Assembly (NCBI RefSeq): GCF_009914755.1
Contig: NC_060929.1
Origin: the human T2T-CHM13v2.0 reference genome, Homo sapiens
Length of the DNA: 64,000 nt
Direction: 5' to 3' (one strand)
Within the stretch, counting starts at the first letter, position 1, and each line of letters opens with the position of its first letter. The notes under the pieces are model-generated. The model was given only the letters and a program-made list of their open reading frames with translations. It had not been told where the DNA came from and did not search any database. Position numbers and translations under genes: made by a program. This document shows positions 52,201 through 64,000 of this stretch, in pieces.

Positions 52201-53009
52201 GTATATGTATGGTTTTGAAAGATTTTTTTAAAGAAAAACAGATTATTATGTGAGTTGGGTGATTCTTGCATAGGATTTCCACGGGTTTATTAAAACAAAG
52301 TAGAACTATCGTCAGTTCCACTTACTAGAATCAAATAGACTGTCATCACTAGAAGAAACTTTAGAGCAACAAGTTCCTCATTTTATGTTTTCAAAAAATA
52401 AAATATAAAGGCAGAGGAGTTGAGATTTTCTCATCTACAGCAAAAGATGTTTATATAAATAAATATACTGATAAAAATTTATCTCATATTGTTATCAAGC
52501 TGTATGTAAAAGACAACACAATAAAAAAGACAAAAATCTCACCAAACTGTTTTACTTAACCAGAGTTAGAAATAAGGTTTATTGATAAAAACCAGGATTA
52601 GAAATAAGGTTTATTGATTTTCATTTTCAGGATATCTCTTTTTCTTTCAGGAAACTTATACAGAAAAACAGAATAAATGGCTTGTACGCTTATAATTACC
52701 TTGACCAGTAATGGTAATTAATAATCACAATCACAACCCTCAGAGTTTATCCTTTGGGCTGAGAATTAAGAATGATACTTTACAAACCTGGAAATGTGAG
52801 CAGGCCAATTAACAAAACAAATAGATGGACAAAAATAAAGGCAAACCCATGAGGCAAAGAATGTTTTTAAGTTTGTCAAAAATGAATATTAAACAGCAGA
52901 GTGAGTAAAATTACCATTTATTTTCTAATGATTACACATTAGTCATTGTTTCTACATGAACACTTACTACTGAGAACACTGTTTTACTGGGTACATTGCC
53001 CAGTAAAAT

Positions 53010-53460
53010 ATGATTATTAATATTTTGGCTGTTTTTGCTTTTGGCTATTTGAAAAATGCTGCTATAAACATTGGTGTACAAATATTTATTTGAGTCTTCA
53101 CTTTTAGTTCTTTTAGGTATATACTCAGTAATGGAATTGTTGGATCATAGGATAATTCTGTTTACTTTTTGAGAAACTGCCATACCATTTTCCATAGTGG
53201 TAGTACCATTTTACATTCCCATAAGGGTACCAATTTCTATACATTTCTGTTAATACTTATTTTCTGTTTTTATATACTAAAATGTTGTAAAAGGGTGTAA
53301 AATGCTACCTCATTGTGTTTTGATTTGCATTGCTCTAATTAGTTCTGTTGAGCATCATTTCATGTGCTCATTAGCCATTTGTATATCTTTTTTGGATAAA
53401 TGTTTATTTAGGTGTTTTCCCCATTTCTAATTGGGTTGTTTTGTTGCTGTTTGAGTTCTT
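53010..53460 (-). mobile_element. L1M fragment
   Basis: aatgctgctataaacattggtgtacaa..gaaactgccataccattttccatagtgg. Confidence 0.8.
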
Positions 53461-53783
53461 CTTTTAAAATTTAGAAATGACCCCCTACTTACTTGTACAA
53501 GTTCTTTTACCTCTTTTAGATGTTGATTCCTTACTGTTCTATTTTGTATTATTTTCTTCTTGTCTGTCTTACACTTCACTTACAGTATATTTAGTTTTGA
53601 TGTTTTTGGTTTTATGTAATAGCTTCTGTCATTTTTTCCTTTATGCTTTCTAGGCTTTATATCTTTTTTTCTTAACAAGGTTTTTGTACTCTTAATATTT
53701 TCCTTCCATCTACCATTTCACTGATGTGACATTCCTTACAGGCTAATCAACAAACAGATATTTACTGTATAATTCATGTGTAG

Positions 53784-54509
<726 letters not shown>

Positions 54510-54842
54510 TAACTGTCCAGAATTGGAGAAAAACTTTTCTCCACATCTGATATTTGAGTCCTTTAATAATTGTTTTCTGCTTAGAGGGTAGTTTCTTATC
54601 ACATGATATAACTTACACAAGCACACGTTTTAATTTAGGCAAATTTTTCTGAAATAATTATTGTTTTACATAAAAATTAAAATCACTCTTTGCAATCTAA
54701 CCTATCTTAAATTTTTTTACAAAAAATTTTTATTGTAACTTTATGGTAGGATTGTTTTACTTAACATTTTTGTCCTTTTTATTGTATTATCTTTTACATA
54801 CAGCTTGATATAAATTTTTATCAGTGCGTTTGTTTATAATAA

Positions 54843-55141
<299 letters not shown>

Positions 55142-55439
55142 TACACATGTTTACAAAAGATGTTATATAACTTTATTATTACAATTAGTTGGAGGTTAAC
55201 CTAAAATTATTAAAATAAACCTATCCTTAAAGTAAATTATATATGGTTTTATAAATTAAGAACTTTACTTTGGATTACAACTAATATATACTAAGATTTT
55301 CTTAAACAATTAGGACATAATCGTTTTAAGTTAAATCCCCTTTGTAGTAAAAAATTGCACAAAATGGGTACAGAGTTTTAATCTACCTAATAATTTGCAC
55401 TGTTTTCATCTAACAGGTCTCTTCATTTGAGAAAATATA

Positions 55440-55915
55440 GTGTAGCTTTTCACGGTTTTAGTTACCCACGGTCAGCTGTGGTCCAAAAATATGCAGTGGA
55501 AAATTCCCAAAACAAACAATTTATGAATTTAATATTTGCTCCATTCTGAGTAGTGTGATGAAATCTCATGCCGTCCAGCTCTGTCTCACCCAGGATGTGA
55601 ATCATCCCTTTGTCTAGTGTATCCAGGTTGTATAGGATACCTGCGTTAGTCAGAACTTAGTAGCCATCTTGGTGATAAGATTGACCGTCTCAGTATTGCA
55701 GTGCTTGTGTTCAAGTAACCTTTATTTTACTTAATTGATCTGTTTTATTATTAGTTATTGTTAATTTATTACTGCCTAATTTGTAAAGTAAACTTTATCA
55801 TAGGTGTGTATGTATTAGAAAAAACAGTGTATGTAGGGTTCAGTTCTATTAACAATTTTAGGCATCCACTGGGTGTCTTAAAATGTATCGTACAAGGATG
55901 AGGGGGAACTACTTA
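55440..55915. mobile_element. MER44-like (Tigger7-derived) element
   Basis: agttacccacggtca..gtggtccaaaaata..gatgtgaatcatccctttgt..gtgcttgtgttcaagtaacc..ggcatccactggg..gggggaactact. Confidence 0.7.
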
Positions 55916-57274
55916 CTGCATTTAGAAAATGTGATAACATTTTCTGATATTTCAGATTCTCATGAGTTCACTTATCATTACCCAATGTTTTTCTTGTAAT
56001 ATGTGGATTTGTTTAAAAGTATTTAAATTTTTTAATTGCCATGTTACTGACCTTAATGATTTCCAAAATAAAATAGGTATTAAGAGTTGCTTAATTATAC
56101 TTCTTTAATATAACAACCAGGACATGTATTTTAACTTTGTGTAAATCATCTAGAGTTATTTCCATGTTAGTACATTTTGTGTAGGTATATTTCTGAGTGG
56201 GGCATTTACAGTGATAAAGAATTACATAATACCTTAAATTTGGTAAATAATTGACAGATATTTTAAAGTATATTCATAAAGCAGTAAAACCTCTTGTATT
56301 ATGTTATCTTTAAATTATAATTAAGAAGGTTTTCTATATGGCTGTGTACACATTATCAAAATTGAACTTTTAGCACAAAAAGTTCAACTATTTGTATCAG
56401 TTATTTTTGTCAATTATTGGTTATTATGTTGCATTAAAACTATGGTAGTGAATATATTGTATTAAAAAAAAGAAAGGACCAAATGCCATATATTTGGGGT
56501 GGAAATTTGAGCCACAGTTGTGTATACTTACTTTTGCAATAGAAATCTATGTCAGATAGCCTAATAGTTTGGAAAACTCTTAAGATGCTAAAATGTCACA
56601 GCACAGTCAGGGATATGTATGACATTCAGTAGTATAAACAACAAAGTGTACATGAAACGTCCGTTAACGTTAAGTAATTGGAGTGAGAGTAGGAAAATGC
56701 TAATATAAAGGGGCTAGATTCTCTGCCCATTTTACGTCTAACTTAATATTTTCATTTTAACTAATTTTATTTCTCCCATTTTGTGAATGGGCTACAGGAC
56801 TAAACTAATAACATTAGTTATACAAATCATTCCTATGTAAAATACTTTTGGTGTGAAATTAGAGTGAATAAACTTTTTATTATGATTGGGATTTTTTTCT
56901 TTTCGTTTCTGATGCCATCCGTTTAAGAATCAGTGTTCCAGAACAATTGGTATAGCTTTGCATGTTTCTGGCTGGTCGTGACAAATCAGCCACTGTACAC
57001 TCATAGACAGCAGTACAGTACTTGTCACTGGTGGCCTTTCTGTGACAGAGAGCCTGAAGACTGACGTAAAGCGCAGCCTGTTGTGAACTGTCAAGTGAGT
57101 CTGCCAAAAACTCAGCAGACAGAACTAATTGCAGAGAAAAAGGACTTTTGTGCCCTCTTCTCTTTCTTTCCTTTCCTTTTTTTTTTTTTTTTTTAATAAG
57201 ACAGATATTGTTAAAGTAGCTTGTTTATGTAAGATTTGTCTGTCTCTCCTCTCATTGCCTGGATCCTTTTTTAA

Positions 57275-57487
<213 letters not shown>

Positions 57488-58299
57488 TAGATTATACCTA
57501 AATTTTAAGAAGAAATATTTGTCATCAAAAGATAATTTATATTAAGCATTATAAACAAATACAAAACCATATGCAAATATTAATAAATTAAAATTATGAA
57601 AGGTTTTCATTTTTGTGGTGTTTATAACTAGCAGAACATTCATTACTTTTTGTAATGAATGTTTTGCTTTTTATTTTCTCAGTTACACTCCTATTTAAGT
57701 TGTGAGATACTTGCTAGTACTATCTAAAACTAAATATATTAGGTTTTCTTGGAAGCATGCAACATTTATTATCACTATATGTATATATGTATATGCATAC
57801 AAACACATACACACACATTTTATTTCTTCATATGTATGAAGAAATAACTAGCAAGCAACTAGCAAACAACTAGCAAGACCAGCAACAAATGAGTAATAAT
57901 GTTTTGTGAATCAGTAACAAACAGAATTTTGGCAGCCATCACTTATAAAATTTTTTAGAGTGTGGTCTGTTACTTTACATGCAACTTTATATTTATGCTT
58001 CAATAGCATACATTTTGTAATGTTTCCAAAACTTCTGATAGAAATGAGTAATTGTATATGTGTGCTTTTCATTTTATATCTGGTTTACCATTATCAGTGT
58101 TTCTTAACTACCCCCTTTATTATTGTACAGTATTTTATCACTCAACTTTGAGCCTGTAAGCCCAATCTAAGTAATAGGTCACACTTAAATTTCTATTTGC
58201 ACCATTAAAGATACAGACAAATAAATGTATAAGTAAATAGAGACAGTTTGGAAAATTCACATCTTGTGCTGACTGGTTTTATTTTAAAATTATCTCTTC

Positions 58300-58765
58300 A
58301 GTTTACCTACTGACATTGTCATCATCCTGATCTAGGTTACATCATCTTTCACCTAGATTTCTACAGTAGTCTTTGACCTGATCTCCCTAGACTCTTTAAT
58401 CCTAATCTGATTAATTTTCCTTAGGATGCCAAAATAGTCTTTGAAATGCTGGTATTGTCACCCTCTTTTCGTCCTTTGGTGCTTCCTGTTGCCCTTAGAG
58501 TAAACACTAAAATCCTAACATGGTCTTTGACGTCTTGCCTGATTTAGCTCCTGCCTTCCTCTCTAGGTTTATCTTGTACCACTGTGTTTTACATTCTGTG
58601 GTCTAGCCACACCAAGCCTGGAACTTGCTACTCTTTTTCCTGCTTCAAGGCATTTGGAGTTCCTGTTCACTCTACCTGGATGCATTTTAACTAATCCTGA
58701 GGACTTCATCCGGTCACCATCTACCTATTCTTCAAATGGTAATCAAACACCACTTGCTTAGTCAA
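58300..58765. mobile_element. L2 fragment
   Basis: catcatctttcacctagatt..ctctttt..gcttcctgttgccctt..ctgttcactctacctggatgc. Confidence 0.6.
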
Positions 58766-58781
58766 GTATAAAAGAAATGAG

Positions 58782-59082
<301 letters not shown>

Positions 59083-59578
59083 ATGAGGCAGTTATGTGTG
59101 TATGAAGTGAGGATGATTTTCACATCCTGTGTGTTCATTAATGAGAGCACTATTATTTTAATTTTTCCTATGAGCATCTTTTTTTAACTCTCAGGAGGTT
59201 GCCTTTTCTATAAAGTTTTCAAATTTTAGAGTTCACTAATAACTCTTCTAAGTTCTCTTCTTTCTAGTTTGAAGAATGAGTGAGTCAGCCAGTAATACAT
59301 TGCCCTAAACAGAGTGCTATGAAGCATACAAGAGAGGTAGACAGACTGGATTGGTTTGGTATTTTTAATTATATGTCATAAAATCGGTTGCATACTGTTG
59401 AATTTTCTTGCCCTACCTAGATTTTCCCCAGCTTTGTTATACCTTTCTTGAAGTAATAGTTGTCCCTCAGTACCTGTAAGGGGATTGGTTCTAGGACTCC
59501 CCTCAAGTACCAAAATCCGTGGATGCTTAAGACCTGTGTTAGACTGTTCTCATATTGTTATAAAGAAATACCTGAGGT

Positions 59579-60047
<469 letters not shown>

Positions 60048-60244
60048 CCTGAGATTGGGTAATTTATAAAGAAAAGAAGTTTAATTGGCTCATGGTCCTG
60101 CAGGCTGCACAAGCATGGCACCAGCATTGCTCGGCTTGTGAGGAGGCCTTAGGGGACCTTTTACTCATGGTGGAAGGTGAAGTGGGAGCAGGCACATCAT
60201 ATGACAAAAGCAGGTGCAAGGGACAGGGTGGTGCCATACACTTT

Positions 60245-60505
60245 CTGTCACCCAGGCTGGAGTGCAGCGGCGCGATCTCGGCTCACTGCTACCTCCGCCT
60301 CCCAGTTCAAGTGATTCTTGTGCCTCAGCCTCCCGAGTACCTAGGATTACAGGTGCCCGCCACCACGCCTGGCTAGTTTTTGTACTTTTAGTAGAGACGG
60401 TTTCACCCTGTTGGCCAGGCTGGCCTCAAACTCCTGACCTCAGGTAATCCACCTGCCTCGGCCTCCCGAAGTGCTGGGATTACAGGCATGAGTCACCGTG
60501 CCCAC
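60245..60505 (-). mobile_element. Tailless Alu
   Basis: No poly-A/T tail; 13-bp TSD tgccatacacttt (60232-60244, 60506-60518). Confidence 0.9.
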
Positions 60506-61194
60506 TGCCATACACTTTTAAATAACCAGATCCCATAAGAACTGACTATCACTAAGACAGCACTAAGCTCTGCATGAGAGATCTGCCTCCATAACCTAAT
60601 CACCTCACATCCGTCCCCACTTTCAACATTGAGGATTACATTTCAACATGAGAGTTGGGCAGGGACAAATATGCAAACTGTATCAAGTCTTATATCAAAT
60701 GGCATAGTATTTGCATATAACCTATGCATATTCTCCCATATACTTTAAATCATCTCTAGATTACTTACAATACCTAATACAGTGTAACTGTTATATTGTA
60801 CTGTTTAGAGAATAATGACAAGAAAAAAGGAGGTATACGTTCAGTACAAATACAACCATACTTTTTCTTTTTTCAAATATTTTTTACCTGCAGTTGATTT
60901 AATCCACGATACAGAAGGCACAGATATGGAGGCCTGACTGTAGATCAGACCAGAATGTCACTATGGTTTTCCAGCTGAAATCAATTGGTTATTATCTTTG
61001 GTACATGGCAGACATTTTCTTGAAAATGAACCTGTCACTTCAAGGAGGTGTTGCCCATGATACACTTCAAGCGCAGTGATAGTTTTTCAACCGTTGTGCC
61101 CATCTCTCCTTCCCAGAACGGTCTTTAAATACTAGAAAGATGTCAAGCTCAATCACATCCATGGCAGAATTAAGTTCTATAAAAATTCTAACAT

Positions 61195-61340
61195 TGTGTA
61201 CTATGCTCAATACTTGGTTGATGGGATTTATCTGCCACAAATCTCAGCATCACAAAATATACCCAGGTAACAAACATGCACATGTACCTCTTGAATCTAA
61301 AATTAAAAATTGAAATTCTGTAAAAAAAAGAAAAAAAAGA
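61195..61340 (+). mobile_element. Short L1 3' terminus within probable hAT (Charlie-like) remnants (~60990-61870)
   Basis: atacccaggtaacaaacatgcacatgtacctcttgaatctaaaa followed by an A-rich tail. Confidence 0.7.
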
Positions 61341-61877
61341 CTGTTCTAGTGGGATTGGTAATGACACTAACGGATGTGATTTTTGATACTGTGTAATGCA
61401 ATATATTAACGTTTGGAATATCTATATACCTCTATGAACTAGTATTTTTCGTATGACCAGTGCATGATATAAAATCATGCATGGGTAAAAGTTTCCTTTA
61501 AAGTACAAAATAGAGCAATGGATTTTAAGTAATCAAGTATGAAAATATTAAGGCTATGAATATTTTGCTCCTTTTTCTAACTACATATCTGTATGATAAT
61601 GAGTTTTCTTCATATATTGCAATAAAAACAATCCACCAAAACAGTTTGAATGCAAGAACAGATGTTAGAATTCAGCTGTCCTCCATTAAGCTAGATAGTA
61701 GATTTTCAAACGAGTGCCAAAATGCAAATGAGTGCCACTCTTCTCACTTTTCAGTTTTCAAAAATAGAGTTTTTTAAATTAAAATCTTTATATTATTACA
61801 TAACTGGCTTATTTTAAATTAAATTTATATTGTTTTCTTCATTTTAATTTATTATGTGATAGATATTTATGGATATA

Positions 61878-64000
61878 CAGGCATACTTTGAAGATATTGC
61901 TGGTTTGGTTCCAGACCACCACAGTTAAGCAAATACCACAATAAAGTGAGTCATGAAATTTTGTTTTGGCTTCCCAGTGCATATAAAAGTTATGTTTCTA
62001 CCACACTGAGGTCTGCTAAGTGTGCATTAGCATTATGTCTAAAAAATAATGTACATACCTTAATTTTAAAACACTTTATTGCTCAAAAATGCTAACGATC
62101 AGCTGAGCCTTTAGGGAATCGTAATCATTTGACTGGTGGAAGGTCTTGCCTCCATGGTGGTGGTTGCTGAAGGTTGGGGTGGCTGTGGTAATTTCTTAAA
62201 ATAAGACAACAGTGAACTCTGACACACTGATTGACCCTTCCTTTCATGAAAAATTTCTCTGTAGCATGTGACACTGTTTGATATCATTTTACTCACAGTG
62301 GAACTTCTTTCAAAATTGGAATCAAGCCTCTTAAACCCCACTGCTGCTTTATCAACTAAGTTTATGGAATAATCTAAATCCTTTGTTGTCATTTCAGCAA
62401 CGTTCACAGTCTTTATCAGGAGTAGATTCTGTCTCAAGAAACGACTTAGCTCATGCATGGAAGCAACTTCTGATTTGTTCCAGTTTAATCATGAGATTGT
62501 AGCAATTTAATCACTTGTTTAGGCTCCACCCACCACATCTGCAGTGACTTCCTCCACTAAAGTCTTAGATCCTTCAAAGTCATTCATGAGGGTTGGATTC
62601 AACTTCTTTCTTTTTTGTTTTTGTTTTCCCATATTGAATCAATATTTATTTCAGGACATGCCATGTCAAAATAAAACAAAGATTCAACTCTTGCCTTTAA
62701 CAATTGTATTGTATTATAAAAGCACTTTACAACTCCATCCCATGTTTAAGTATAAGTTACTGGCATGTGGGCTAATGATTATCTGTAAGCATTTCTCTAT
62801 TCAGATCCATAATCTAGGTGCTCTCTGAATATTACAAGGTGACAATAAGTGGGAAGTGGAGGAGGAAGAGGAAAGAGAGGGGACTAAGGTTCTCCCAGTT
62901 TAAGGTTTTGGACTCAGTTTCTTTCAAACGCGTGCTAATGTTGCTATTTTCATCTCCTATGAGTCACAAATGTTCTTAGTGGCATCTTGAATGGGGAATC
63001 CTTTCCGGAAGGTTTTCAATTTACTTTGTTCAGATCCATCAGAGGAATCACTATGGTAGCTATAGCCTTATGAAATGTGTTTCCTAAATAATAAGACTCA
63101 AAAGTCAAAATTACTCCTTGGTCCACGGGCTGCAGAGTGGATGTTGTGTTAGCAGGCATGAAAGCGACACCCTTGTACATCTCCATCTTGGGTGACCAGG
63201 TGCATGGTCAGTGAGCAGTAATATTTTGAAAATAATCTTTTTTTCTGAGCAGTAGATATTGACACTGGGCATAAAATATTTAGTAAACCATGCTGTAAAC
63301 AACTGTGTTGCCATCCAGGCTTTGTTATTCATTTATAGAGCAGAGGCAGAAGAGATTTAGCATAATTCTTAAGGGCCCTAGGGTTTTCAGAATGGTCAGT
63401 GAGCACCGGAATTGCATTAGCCTCTAAGAGTCAGCCTGTCCTTTGAAGCTTTGAAGCCAGGCGTTGACTTCTCTCTAGCTATGAAAGTCCTAGCTGGCAT
63501 CTTCTTCTGATACAAGGCTGTACATTGAAAATCTATTGTTTAGTATAGCCACCTTTATCAGTTATCTTATCTAGATCTTCTGGATCACTTGCTGTGGCTT
63601 CTCTGTCAGCACTTGGGCCTTCACCTTGCACTTTTATATTATATAGATGGCTTCCTTCCTTAGACCTCATGAGCCAACCTCTGCTTTCCTCCCCTCTCAG
63701 TCTTCAAAGAATTGAAGAGACTTAGGGCTCCTGGCTCTAGATTAGACTTTGAATTAAGGGAATGTTGTAGCTGGTTTGATCTTCTATCCACTGAAACTTT
63801 CTCCAGTTAGCAATAAGGCTGTCTCTTTAGCCTTCTTATCATTCATGTGTTCACTGGAATAGCATTTTTAATTTTCCTCAATAACTTTTCCTTTGCATTC
63901 ACAACTTGGCTGTTTGGTGCAAGAGGCCTGGCTTTTGGTCTGTCTAGGTTTTTGACATGCCTTCTTCACCTAGCTTAATCATTTCTAAATTTTTACTTAA
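61878..64000 (-). mobile_element. Tigger1 DNA transposon with decayed transposase (continues past window end)
   Basis: TA+caggcatactttgaagatattgc terminal repeat. Minus-strand ORF remnants [28 protein letters not shown] (pogo/CENP-B-type DDE domain) and [32 protein letters not shown]. Confidence 0.9.
62611..62909 (-). pseudogene. 5'-truncated retrocopy of an unidentified mRNA 3' end
   Basis: Minus strand has AATAAA (62645-62650) about 17 nt before a degenerate A-tail (62611-62627). Imperfect 16-bp TSD ggattcaacttctttc / ggactcagtttctttc; interrupts Tigger1. Confidence 0.7.

Noticed and set aside
62111-63332. Tigger transposase ORFs as a domesticated TIGD-like gene
   Set aside because: Fragmented by stops and frameshifts and interrupted by a retrocopy insertion.

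Overview
Human (primate) genomic DNA containing the 5' part of NDUFS4 (mitochondrial complex I accessory subunit) on the + strand. Exon 1 CDS is 14510..14607 ([33 protein letters not shown]), intron 1 is about 42.7 kb (14608..57294), exon 2 is 57295..57373 ([26 protein letters not shown]), and intron 2 runs off the window. The rest is mostly interspersed repeats: about 35 Alus, old L1/L2/MIR, LTRs (LTR2/HERV-E, MLT2A/HERV-L, MaLR, MER34-like) and Tigger-family DNA transposons (MER2, MER6, MER44, Tigger1). Nearly all ORFs in the track are repeat-derived or spurious. I see no convincing wholly new biological system. The best leads are a TSD-flanked retrocopy of an unidentified mRNA 3' end inside Tigger1, a sense MLT2A LTR with a DUX4-type motif and splice donor upstream of exon 2, a tailless Alu with intact TSDs, and features that may favour exon 2 skipping. 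Repeat subfamily names and boundaries were assigned by eye from remembered consensus sequences and are approximate.
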